A DNA stretch of 64,000 bases from Spirochaetia bacterium (GTDB lineage: Bacteria > Spirochaetota > Spirochaetia > SZUA-6 > Bin103), in the NCBI GenBank assembly GCA_965198005.1, contig CBDAOI010000004.1, forward strand, positions 1,760,001 through 1,824,000, given 5' to 3'. Below the pieces are notes generated by a model. The model saw only the letters and a program-made list of their open reading frames with translations, did not search any database and was not told the origin of the DNA. A program made the translations under genes and the position numbers. This document shows, piece after piece, positions 40,938 through 50,353 of the stretch (the stretch's first letter is position 1; each line of letters begins with the position of its first letter).

Positions 40938-41204
40938 TTATGGTAAGAAGCTTCGAATCAAAGCAGTGATCGCTGTTGCAAGAATGGTGGAAATGGAGAT
41001 TGAAATAATCAACATTCTACCTAGAACGTACGCTTTGGTGGCGTAATGCTTATCCACTTCATCTCTCAGTCGATCCGTCTCACTAGCTTGTTGGCTAGAA
41101 ATCGCCTCCACCTCTTTTTGGGCCCAGCGATCGTTCTGGATATTTTGCGTAACCCTGGCGCTTATGTTCGCTATACGTTCAATTTCTCTATCGTCCACGT
41201 TCAC
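40938..41204 (-). CDS. Small protein with coiled coil and C-terminal TM helix
   Basis: 88 aa, overlaps end of Panacea gene; hydrophobic tail MLIISISISTILATAITALI. Confidence 0.6.
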   Translation of the reverse strand: MNVDDREIERIANISARVTQNIQNDRWAQKEVEAISSQQASETDRLRDEVDKHYATKAYVLGRMLIISISISTILATAITALIRSFLP

Positions 41205-41694
41205 GAAATCGCCTCCCGTCCCCCAACAAATCGACGTAGTAGTCTCGGATCAACTTATTGGGAATCACCGCACCTTCACCAGCCGCCTTTACAGTTCTGT
41301 CCCAAGGCGTCCCAGGAGCATGTGTCATAGACGATAGTTGAATTCCGGAATACTTGACATGAGCTTTAGTAAACACCGAAATAAGGTGTTGTTCAGAGTC
41401 AGAAAGATTGGCTTGGTGCGTCGCCGTAAGTTGAATTGAACGATTTCCGAATCTCTTGAAGGTGTGGTATACGGTCGGTACCACTGGACCATACCGCCAA
41501 GCCTCCACAGGCTCGTCAAGAAGAGGCTCGTCAAGCGCCCACAGATGCCCTCCATGACAAATATAGACTAACTTGATTAATTGCATGGGCGTTGTTTCAA
41601 TCTGCTGGCGCAACGCGAGAATGTGATGAGACACAAGCAACGACTTTGCTCCAACATCCGGGATGTTGGCGATCCAGGATGCTCTCAATGGCAT
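41188..41694 (-). CDS. Panacea (DUF4065/SocA-like) antitoxin (start approximate)
   Basis: TPMQLIKLVY, EAWRYGPV, LS.MTH..GTPW, I....I..YY. Confidence 0.85.
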   Translation of the reverse strand: MPLRASWIANIPDVGAKSLLVSHHILALRQQIETTPMQLIKLVYICHGGHLWALDEPLLDEPVEAWRYGPVVPTVYHTFKRFGNRSIQLTATHQANLSDSEQHLISVFTKAHVKYSGIQLSSMTHAPGTPWDRTVKAAGEGAVIPNKLIRDYYVDLLGDGRRFRERGR

Positions 41695-41950
41695 TTTCTT
41701 TCTCCTCTCTAATTGATTGTTGGGCTGGACGCGCGTCACGCCGCGCTCACTTATTCCTCTGACCTCCTCAAGCGGCTTCTACCCGCCTCGCCCACGTAGC
41801 AGGGTGTATTTTTAGTCTAACGGCATCGTGGGCTGAGGATCAAACTTCGTATATTCCAGTGCCCTCACTTATGGCTGCCTCCTCACACGCCACAGTATGG
41901 CGGGACCTATCTTATCTTACGGCCAATCGTGGCGTATGGCCAAACAACCG

Positions 41951-42320
41951 CTGTTTCATCCGGTGTTGCGGGAGTTGCTGCCGGAGCTGCTGGGCGAGGA
42001 CTACAACCTGTCAAGCCTCACGGCGAACATCGCGGCGCCGGGCGGGGAGCCGATGCCGATGCCGCTGCCCTCGGACCAGGGGGTACACGCCGCGGTCGTT
42101 GCCGATTCGGGTGGTGGTCAATACGGCCTGGATGCTGGAGGACCAGTCGGAGGAGAACGGGGCGACGCGGCTGGTGCCGGGGAGCCACCTGTGGCCGGAG
42201 CTGCCCGAGCACAAGCCGGAGGTGGAGAGCATCGCCGCCACCGGGGCGGCCGGGACGATGCTGATGTTTGACCGGCGCCTGTGGCACGGCACCGGGGCGA
42301 ACCGTACGACCCGCAAGCGG
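41951..42320 (+). pseudogene. Second phyH-like allele, piece 3
   Basis: LFHPVLRELLPELLGEDY...NTAWMLED..EENGATRLVPGSH...WHGTGANRTTRKR, one frameshift. Confidence 0.85.
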
Positions 42321-42380
42321 CAGACAATATCGGTGACGAATGCCGAGGAAGCCAGAACCTTGACACCGGGCGGCTCCCCC

Positions 42381-42794
42381 TTACGCAGCGACGGAGGTGA
42401 CTGCGAGGCGCAGCCCGATGGCGGCTAAAGCGGATTCCATCTGATCCAGCCGAGAATGGTGATTGACGTTCAACACCCGATCTACTTGCGGCAGATGCCA
42501 ACCCAGACGCCGTGCCAACTCGGCCTTCCCGATGTTCTGATCCCGCATGCCTTGGTACAGGATCACTTTGATAGCGGTAAGGGTCGGCACTGAGACACGA
42601 ACCTCACTCGGAGTGGGCATCGGAATGTCTCTCCGATCGTGGATGCGTGCGGCGACCGCTTCTTCCAACGCATCGACCGCACGCACCAACGCTTCATCAC
42701 GATCTTCCCCAAAGGTCTTCAGTTCCGGAAAATCGGGAGACGTAACAAGTATAGTCCCTTCATCGTTTTCGAGGTTAACTGCATAACAAAGCAT
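42381..42794 (-). CDS. hicB: HicB-family antitoxin with C-terminal HTH
   Basis: VT.PDFPE..TFG....EAL..A.DAL, KAELARRLGWH..QVDR.L...H.SRLD. Confidence 0.85.
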   Translation of the reverse strand: MLCYAVNLENDEGTILVTSPDFPELKTFGEDRDEALVRAVDALEEAVAARIHDRRDIPMPTPSEVRVSVPTLTAIKVILYQGMRDQNIGKAELARRLGWHLPQVDRVLNVNHHSRLDQMESALAAIGLRLAVTSVAA

Positions 42795-42795
42795 G

Positions 42796-42887
42796 ATTAT
42801 ATTTCATCCAGTTTTTCAGTATTTCGTTTGCGTATAAAAGGTGCATCCTTGTCTCTTAAGCCAACGCTTAAGTTCTGATGCTTTCAT
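42796..42887 (-). pseudogene. hicA: hicA toxin with internal deletion
   Basis: MKASELKRWLKRQGCTF then premature stop; G.H catalytic segment absent. Confidence 0.65.
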
Positions 42888-43015
42888 AGAAGTAGGCTCC
42901 TCACTCGTGCGGTCTACCTCTCTGCTGTGTCCATAGCTCGTGTCCTCCTGCAGGGATCGTTCCTCAGAATATATATCTGATCCCGCATGCGGTCAACACA
43001 AATGTTGCGTCCTGC

Positions 43016-43422
43016 TCACCCTGTCGCTGCTCGACGAGCTGTACGAGGGGGCTTCGCCGGAGCTGCTCGGCTCGCCGGAATGGCGGAACGGGAAACAGCG
43101 AGTGGGCAGGAATGGGCCGGACGGGCCGCGGCGCCTCAATTTGTGGTGATCCTGGCAGACGATCTCGGGTACTCGGACATCGGCGCTCATGTCGCCCATC
43201 ATCACCATGCCGACACTTGCACTGAGGCACGCCCGATATCTACAGAGACACAGAGACAGACCGTGGAGAGCATCGCCGCCACCGGCCCGGCCGGGGACGA
43301 TGCTGATGTTCGACGGGCGCCTGTGGCACGGCACCGGGGCGAACCGCACCACCCGCAAGCGGCATCTGCTGCTCGGCTACTTCTGCCGTCCCTGGATCCG
43401 GCCGCACGAGAATTTCACCCTG
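43016..43422 (+). pseudogene. Patchwork: phyH 3' piece (43016-43070), sulfatase N-terminus (43080-43184), piece of a third phyH allele (43263-43422)
   Basis: TLSLLDELYEGASPELL; PQFVVILADDLGYSDIG; VESIAATG..MFDGRLWHGTG..RKRHLLLGYFCRPWIRPHENFTL. Confidence 0.75.
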
Positions 43423-43621
43423 TTCGCGCCAGGCCAAGCCTGGGAGGGGAGGAAGATGTGAAACAGGCATTAGAAAAACCCTTCGTAGCCACCCTGTGGG
43501 TAACCAATCCCATACGGGGTTCGGGCGGCTGCGTGTTCCAGCGGCAAACATCGCGGCCTGCTGCGCGGGAAGTAGCGGAGACAGAGCCGCTTGCGTCTTT
43601 GCCGGGCGGCCGCCGGCGGCG

Positions 43622-43651
43622 TTGCCGGGGCGGATGCGGGTGGGCTATAGT
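43622..43651 (+). promoter_or_regulatory. Putative sigma70 promoter of ykgJ-like gene
   Basis: TTGCCG-N18-TATAGT retained in three diverged copies (also ~50319-50348 and 48798-48827 minus). Confidence 0.6.
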
Positions 43652-43656
43652 CGGCG

Positions 43657-43956
43657 GTGATGGGCGCGAACGGCCGGGTGGGCGGGAATCTTCAGGCGTG
43701 GTGGGACGATATCTGCACGCAGTGCGGGGCGTGTTGCTACCAGCGCGACCGGGTGGCCGGCGAGTTGGCCGTGAACAAGCAGGCGCCGTGCCGGTTTCTG
43801 GATACCGACTCCAATCTGTGCACGGTGTACGCCTCGCGCTTCGAGAAGTGCGCCGAGTGCCGGCAGGTGACGCCGTTCCACGCGCTGTTCTCCCGCTATC
43901 TGCCGGACGACTGCGGCTACGTCGAGAAGTTCCGCTTCTGGCGCAAGGCGAACTGA
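43657..43956 (+). CDS. YkgJ-like cysteine-cluster protein (copy 1)
   Basis: CTQCGACC...C.FL....NLCTVY..R...C..C. Confidence 0.75.
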   Translation: MMGANGRVGGNLQAWWDDICTQCGACCYQRDRVAGELAVNKQAPCRFLDTDSNLCTVYASRFEKCAECRQVTPFHALFSRYLPDDCGYVEKFRFWRKAN

Positions 43957-43959
43957 ACG

Positions 43960-44324
43960 AACTGAGCGGCGGCGCGGCGCGCCCGGTAGCGATCACCACC
44001 TACGTGGCGCGGACCCTGACCGACGGCGCCGCGGCGGTGCTGGAGTCGCGTTCGGCGGAGCTGTCGGCGGACGCCATCTTTCTCCTGACCGAGGACCTGA
44101 GCGCGCTCGACCTGGGCGAGGAGGTGGAGGTGCGCCTGGGGGTGCCGGGCGAGCGGCTGCACGCGGCGCAGGCGCGGGTGACGCGGTCGGCCCGCCGCTT
44201 CGCCGGGGGCAGGGGCGCGGGTGCGGCCGGGCCGGGGGGAAGCGGCTTCGAGCTGACCTTCAAGCAGTGCGAGCCCGGCTTCCAGAGCGCCGTCGCAGCC
44301 ATCCTGAACGGGATCACGGACTGA
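43960..44324 (+). CDS. PilZ-like protein, start unclear, possibly degenerate
   Basis: ELSADAIFL, ARVTRS, GFELTF; the homolog at 4242-4365 has canonical PilZ motifs. Confidence 0.5.
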
Positions 44325-44600
44325 CGGCCGGCAGGTCTCGGAAGTAGGTTCGGTAGAACCCGCGATCGCGGGTCGCGAGTCGGCTCGCCTGCACCTGGGC
44401 ATGGGCACCGATCACGAAGTCGGCGATGATCCGCTGGCCTCGCTCAAACCGGCCGACTGTTCAACGGGATTCGGCTGCCGGCGTCTGTTTCTTACGCAGG
44501 ATCAAACTCTCCCCTCGATTCGAGGAACACGACTTCGTCATGAGGCTCCAGAGCGAACCTCACCCTCAACTGCTTGGGAATCGTCACCTGGCCTGAATAC
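44314..44600 (-). pseudogene. vapC/abrB copy with three internal deletions
   Basis: Collinear pieces of 50851-51490 with gaps. Confidence 0.85.
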
Positions 44601-44833
44601 GTAGATAGGATATGTCAATCGCAGGGAGGTTGACGAGGTGATGACCGGGAGCGGCGGGGCTGTTTCTACCTCCGGGACGAAAGCAATGTGCACCAATGCA
44701 AGACACGAGCAAATGCTTGTTGCACCATTCGTCCCCTTGTCTCCTTGTCGGGCGTTACCGCCCAAGAAAAGCGGCACCCAGCTACCTCCGCCTGCTGGCC
44801 GCTACAGTTGTCGCTCGCGCGTAGCGCAAGTCC

Positions 44834-45020
44834 CTAGTGTCCTGTCTCATAAATTCGGCGCTCTTGGTCCAGATGAACGGCTCTGGCTTCTCGTTGTGGA
44901 CCCTCAAGTACTCCTCTATCGCCTGTTCCAGCTCCTCGGTGCTGCGGTGGGTACCGCGCCGAATCTGCTGTTCGGTAATCGCGGCGAACCACCGTTCGAC
45001 TTGGTTGATCCAGGATGCAC
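44834..45020 (-). pseudogene. IS630-family transposase C-terminal remnant and end
   Basis: NQVERWF..IT...IRRG.H.S..EL..AI.EYL..HN..P.PFIWTKSA; end ACAGGACACTAG. Confidence 0.75.
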
Positions 45021-45447
45021 TCGATTACGGCGTCTGCGTCGAACCGGCACGGAACCATGGGCCTGCGCCCATCTCTACTGCCGGCAGCGCGGAGCCGGTC
45101 CGGCGTGTACGGGCTGTACGGGCGTACGAATGGTGGACGTTACGACGGAATCACGTTATGCTAGCGGAGGGTTGCGCCGAGCCTAGGACTCCACCCGCCA
45201 CCAAGAGCGTGGTGGATCATCGTACGACGTAGTGCGGATCCGATACTCAGTTGCGGGCATGACCCGGAGGGTAAGAGATGGAGCATGACAACCGGAATCC
45301 CAAGGGTGACCAGCGTCAACCCGGCGACAACTCTGGAGCCAGCACCGGCACCAAGGTGAAGATGTACCCGTACAACGTAAACGGTGTCCGCCTTTCGACC
45401 GGCACCAAAATGGAGGCCAACCATGCCGAAACATGGAAGAATGAGCT

Positions 45448-45557
45448 AAATCTGGTCTCAACCGTTAAACTTGGGCTAGATCACCACGACTTCACTGGAA
45501 GGGAAACTTCAAATCTGGTCTCAAGTTAAACTTGGGCTAGATCACCACGACTTCACT
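45448..45557 (+). repeat. Two-copy direct repeat (49/47 bp)
   Basis: AAATCTGGTCTCAA(CC)GTTAAACTTGGGCTAGATCACCACGACTTCACT at 45448-45496 and 45511-45557. Confidence 0.9.
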
Positions 45558-46650
45558 CCGGGCGAAGTCTCGTCTCCGCGAGGTTGTGCAGCCTGTTCAG
45601 GAAGTCCCTCTGCCGCACGCCATCGTCACCGCGGTCCTTGGATTGCTGCTCCGCTTCCCCGTACACACGGACCGTGTCATCATCGGAAATGAGTTCGGTT
45701 GTCGCCTCCGTTCCGAGCTCTCCAGCGGACTCTATTCTCGCACGCTCCAGGTAGAACCTTGCAAGCTTCTGCGCCTGCTCGGGGCTACCAAGTGGCGACA
45801 GTAGAATCTGATTGTCGAGTCTGCGTCGAAACGCCGGAAGCGCGCTCCCGTACCGTCGCATCGCGTCGGGTGTCATGGCAATTACCATAAACAGGAATTT
45901 CGGAAGGGCGTCTATGATGGCGCGGAGCGCGGAGAGATACCGGACTACCGCTCTCGGGGACAGAATGCCCGCCTGTTTCTCCAACTCATCGAGTAAGAGG
46001 AAAATGCCCTTCAATACGCCAAGTTCCGTGCTCAGAAGAACGTAATCCCTCAGCACGGTGGTCCGCGATTCCACGGTATCTAGTCGGAAACTGATGCCCA
46101 GACCGTTCCTGTGCGCGTTGAGAATACGGAATCCGAAGAACCAGTTGAGACACAGCTGAAAGAGATCGTCATCGTCTTGCTTCTTGGAGAGCGATAGCAG
46201 AGCCTGCCTCAGGTCGTAGGATCTCAGCATCGAAAGATCCGGATCCGCACTCGCAATCACCTTCACGACCTTTTTGAGATGATCGATGCCGAGTTCTTGA
46301 AAAACCGTTCGGATCACGCCATCGAACGACTGTTCGGGATCCGCCATGTACCGCACGATGTAGAAACCATCGAGCTCGGACTTCGCTTCCACTACTTCGC
46401 GTTCCAGGTAGTTCAACAGATTGGTCTTGCCGACTCCTTGCGTCCCGATGACCACCAGGACCTCGGATTTTTGCTCGCGGAGGAACGCGAGAATCCGGTC
46501 CTCGGCTGGCGTGTCTTCAGGAACAGGAGAATGCGGATTGCCGTAGGTCTGATTCGCTGACGGGTATGGGTTGGCAAGTACACCGAATTGCTCCAGGAGC
46601 TTACTCCGTCGATCCGAGTGCTGGTTCTGCATTCTGTCACGTAGGCTCAT
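45553..46650 (-). CDS. P-loop NTPase, uncharacterised
   Basis: Walker A GTQGVGKT, Walker B FLLLDE, N-terminal NPYP, RRL. Confidence 0.8.
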   Translation of the reverse strand: MSLRDRMQNQHSDRRSKLLEQFGVLANPYPSANQTYGNPHSPVPEDTPAEDRILAFLREQKSEVLVVIGTQGVGKTNLLNYLEREVVEAKSELDGFYIVRYMADPEQSFDGVIRTVFQELGIDHLKKVVKVIASADPDLSMLRSYDLRQALLSLSKKQDDDDLFQLCLNWFFGFRILNAHRNGLGISFRLDTVESRTTVLRDYVLLSTELGVLKGIFLLLDELEKQAGILSPRAVVRYLSALRAIIDALPKFLFMVIAMTPDAMRRYGSALPAFRRRLDNQILLSPLGSPEQAQKLARFYLERARIESAGELGTEATTELISDDDTVRVYGEAEQQSKDRGDDGVRQRDFLNRLHNLAETRLRPE

Positions 46651-48680
46651 GACTCCACCTTTGTGATCTTCAGACTCGAGCTGGACTTTCCGGGGATAAG
46701 ATAGTCTCCGCGATATAGATACGCCGTCTTTACGAACGGTGGCCCGTCTTCCGGATCCAGCACCGTCAATCGGTGCCGGTCATAGCCGGACTCCGTCGTG
46801 GAGCCTTCAGTAAACCTGTTTAGCAATCCGCGCTCGCTGGCGGTCTGAAGCCGGAGGCGTGCGATATTGGGGTGGATTCCTTCGCGGATGATCAGTTCCT
46901 CCAACCAGCTCCCAGTTGCGACCCAACCGCCACCCGGTTCTATGCTGTCATATGCGGAAACTGCGATCGTCGCGAATGAACGGTCGTCGGGCTCGCGAGG
47001 CGTGGTGAAAAAGCCGGCGCCATACACAAACGCTCCAAGGCCCGTAAGCTCCGCCAGTGCGACGCACGTCGACTTGGATCGTCCAAACGCGTGTGGGTCC
47101 ACGGGATCGCCGACGGGCTGCTCCGCTAGCATCCCTTCCAACACGGCATATGACGGGAATGGGAGCAGGGCCTGACGCAGGTCCCTGCTGTCCCCGCTCC
47201 GAAGAGCAATGGCGAGCGGAGTCAGGGGCGGGGCTGCGGACCAACTCTCTTCGTCTGTAGTAATTGCGTGGCCGGACTGGAGATACCGACGGTATTCACC
47301 TATTCCGCCCAAGACGCGCAGACCAAGCGTGGCAGCGACCACGCCGATCGGCAGTCGCTGATCCGTCTCCAACGCATCCACCAACCTGAATAGTCGGTCA
47401 ATACTGACCCGGTACAAATGAGGCCTCGGCGGCGGTGAGGCGCCGACATCCGGTTGCTTCCGAAGAGATGGGCGAGATTGCGCCGAATCCATGGTAACAT
47501 CGTAGTCATCGCGCGTCGACGACACCGAAGCGGGAGAATCGGAGGTACGGGCAGCGTCCGGAGTCGTTCGCTTGGCACTGATCCAGAGCAAATCGTCATA
47601 GGAATGATACGGGGTCCACGCAAGGTCTTCGCCGATCGCATCGACGACGAGGGCATCGGCGTGGTCAGCGGTGGCCAGCCGTGCCGTGCCGAAGATGGTG
47701 GCAAGCTCCCATAGCACTGCGGGAATGCTTACCGTGTACATCTCCCCGGTGAACGGGTGCAGGTTCGTGCCGGCGAGCCGTCGGCCCAGGAACGCGCTAG
47801 CCTTGGCAGCCCGGAAGAACAGAGGACGCATACCCTCGGCAAGGGCCATGCGCGCGAGACCCTGGTCGCTGGTAAGCAAAGTCACCTGGTGACCGGCGGT
47901 CACCTGTGACTGGTATCTACGGGCCGTCTCCAGAATGAGCCGATCTGCGTAGGATCGTATGCTTCCGCTCATGTTCAGACCCTGTACCGAGTCTTCGACC
48001 AGAGAGGTGCGGTCGATCTCCACGTCAGAGTGCAGCTCGAGCTGCAGGAGAGCTCGCTGGCCAGCTTGGCTCTTCAAATGACTGATCAGCATGTCAGATC
48101 GCTTCGGCTTCGACGCCCGTCTGATGCGGAGAAACTCATCAGCCATGTTCACGATTTCCATCTGTACGACCGCGGGAACCCTCACTCTCGCCACCGGATG
48201 GAGGTACCTGGACACGAAACCCAGGCCACCCTGGATCACGCCGGACGTATCGCTGACGACGGTAGTGGGCCGCCGAAAGGGCATAGCCGCCAACGCCTGA
48301 GGATCGAATAGCGGATGGCCCAGTCCCAGACGCACCGGGATCGCACCGAGCATGTCCGCTATCCGTCGTACCTTGTCCTGCTCTGCACGTTTTTTTGCGC
48401 AAGCCACAATGCTCGTTACGCCCAGGTATTCCTCGAGCCGCTCCGCGGTCTTCTTTTGTTCAGGCGTAAGCCACTCGAATGCGCCCCGCGCGACAGCCGA
48501 AGCGCGGTACTCGCGCGTGTCCTCGTGCGCGAACAGTCGGATCTTCCCTAGCGACAAGAATTCGGGCTTCTCGAACGCGCGCTCCTCCCGTACGGATATG
48601 GTACAGACGTTGTCGTTCTCGAACATGTCGGCGATTACGTCGGTGGCGTCCGTAGGTGACGACAATCTCTGTTCACTCAT
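46647..48680 (-). CDS. Large protein with central PIN-like nuclease domain
   Basis: VVSDTS, VPAVVQMEI, ADRLILE, LLTSDQGL; ATGA overlap with NTPase gene. Confidence 0.65.
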   Translation of the reverse strand: MSEQRLSSPTDATDVIADMFENDNVCTISVREERAFEKPEFLSLGKIRLFAHEDTREYRASAVARGAFEWLTPEQKKTAERLEEYLGVTSIVACAKKRAEQDKVRRIADMLGAIPVRLGLGHPLFDPQALAAMPFRRPTTVVSDTSGVIQGGLGFVSRYLHPVARVRVPAVVQMEIVNMADEFLRIRRASKPKRSDMLISHLKSQAGQRALLQLELHSDVEIDRTSLVEDSVQGLNMSGSIRSYADRLILETARRYQSQVTAGHQVTLLTSDQGLARMALAEGMRPLFFRAAKASAFLGRRLAGTNLHPFTGEMYTVSIPAVLWELATIFGTARLATADHADALVVDAIGEDLAWTPYHSYDDLLWISAKRTTPDAARTSDSPASVSSTRDDYDVTMDSAQSRPSLRKQPDVGASPPPRPHLYRVSIDRLFRLVDALETDQRLPIGVVAATLGLRVLGGIGEYRRYLQSGHAITTDEESWSAAPPLTPLAIALRSGDSRDLRQALLPFPSYAVLEGMLAEQPVGDPVDPHAFGRSKSTCVALAELTGLGAFVYGAGFFTTPREPDDRSFATIAVSAYDSIEPGGGWVATGSWLEELIIREGIHPNIARLRLQTASERGLLNRFTEGSTTESGYDRHRLTVLDPEDGPPFVKTAYLYRGDYLIPGKSSSSLKITKVES

Positions 48681-49569
48681 CGGACACTGACCGAAATGTT
48701 GGGTTGTTCTTCGAATACATCAATCAACCAGGATAGATGATTCACCAGCACACCTGCAGACTCCCGCCGCCCCGGCCGTTCGCGCCCATCACCGCCGACT
48801 ATAGCGCAGGCTCCTCCGCACCGGCAACGGAGCCACGGCAGACGCGATGCAAAGTGCCTACGGACCGGGCCACGACGTAACGTCGAGCGCGGTTGACCGC
48901 AGGCAGGATCAGATGTAATGGGTGTAAGTAGGTGTCACGCGCCGGGAGGTAGCGGCTCCCAGCACCGGTACTGCGGCTGTCCCGGAGGTAGCGGTCGGCG
49001 TGATGGCAGGCGGGGGAAATGGGTGCGAGGTTTGCCCCCGTTTGGGCCGTTTGCGGCAGGGGGGTAGCAAAGCCCTCCCAGTCGATAGCACAATGGCTAT
49101 GACTGGGAGAAATGCTTGTTGCACCATTCCGCGGCGCCGCGAGCGGCCGCCCGTAGATCGGCATGGGGCTGACCGACAGCGGCCGCGAGTTCTGCATCGG
49201 CTACCCCCTCCGTCTCGCCGGCGCCCGGGCGCGGCCTCAGCCTCACCCTTGAGCGACCCGCCGCGAACACGCCGCCGGCACCGCCCGTGCGACACTCCAC
49301 CCTCCACAGGCAACCCATCGCTGGTGACATCCCCGGCCGCTTCGGTAACGGCCGGCGCGAGTGCGTCGACCTTCAGAGGCACCACGGCGTGGCATCCCGT
49401 CCGCGGAGCCGGCTCGTCGGTTGGGGCAGCCGCTGAAGCCCGCTACAACTGCCCCAACGATTACATCGAGTCCTCTTCATCATGCTTTCGCTGATGGTAG
49501 CGCACGCCCTCTGTCAGACTCGGGTTGACCATTGCCATGTAAAGGTGTAGCTTAACATCAGAGAGTGCC

Positions 49570-49804
49570 AAACTGAATGACAAGGCGTATTCGTCGCAGC
49601 ACGGACCGCCGCGAAACAGAGCGAAGTGTCTCAAGATCGCTGGCGAGCGGTTCTGGGAGTTCAAGGCTCACCAGCAACGCGTTATCCGGTGCTACGACCC
49701 AAAGAGTTTACGAAGAAGACTAGAGGCAGTCGCCGAGACGTGAGATCGAAGCCGGACGGCGGGCATACCGCGAAGTTCAACAAGAACTCGATATTGCAAA
49801 ATAA
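49570..49804 (+). pseudogene. RelE/ParE (Gp49-like) toxin remnant
   Basis: HGPPRNRAKCLKIAGERFWEFKAHQQRV, FTKK, REIE.. in shifted frames. Confidence 0.55.
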
Positions 49805-49817
49805 GAGGAAGAACGAG

Positions 49818-50126
49818 GTGATCGAGAATTGGGGACAACAGTACGAGGGAGATCCTGAGTACGAGTTCGACCTCCTGGCAATCGACATCGGGGAACGCAT
49901 CGTTGAGCGGATGGAACAACTCCGGATCACGCGGACCGCTTTGGCGGCAGCGCTTGGTGTGAGCAAGGCGCGTATCAGCCAGATCCTCAGCGGCCACGAT
50001 AACCTGACCATGAAGAGTCTCGTCGCGGTTGCGGCCGGGTTGGGGAGCCGGATTGAGCTACGGTTGAAGAGCAAGGAGAGCAATACGAAGACGACGAGGG
50101 CAACAAGGGCACGCCGCAGATGCTGA
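49818..50126 (+). CDS. XRE-family HTH antitoxin/regulator
   Basis: ITRTALAAALGVSKARISQILSG..NLT.KSL..VA..LG. Confidence 0.8.
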   Translation: MIENWGQQYEGDPEYEFDLLAIDIGERIVERMEQLRITRTALAAALGVSKARISQILSGHDNLTMKSLVAVAAGLGSRIELRLKSKESNTKTTRATRARRRC

Positions 50127-50353
50127 TCTACAACGGTTCCGCGATGCTGTATGGTGCTGCCAGAGGCATCATTGAGACGGTGACGAGCCTTACGGGGTTC
50201 GGGCGGCTGCGTGTTCCAGCGGCAAACATCGCGACCCTCCTTCGCAGGAAGTAGCGCAGACAGACCCCTTTGCGTCTTGTGTCGTGTGCGCTGTGTGCGC
50301 GGTGTGCGCCAAGTGGTGTTGCCGGCGCGGATGCGGGTGGGCTATAGTCGGCG

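Larger units (their letters stand above)
43513..44660 (+). repeat. Copy 1 of host block duplicated at 50191-51550
   Basis: Both copies start TACGGGGTTCGGGCGGCTGCG and end ATGACCGGGAGYGGCGGGGC. Confidence 0.92.

Noticed and set aside
42987-44324. 445-aa sulfatase-PilZ fusion
   Set aside because: Chance open frame across unrelated fragments and the ykgJ gene
45448-45557. CRISPR array
   Set aside because: Only two units, 14-nt spacer, no cas genes
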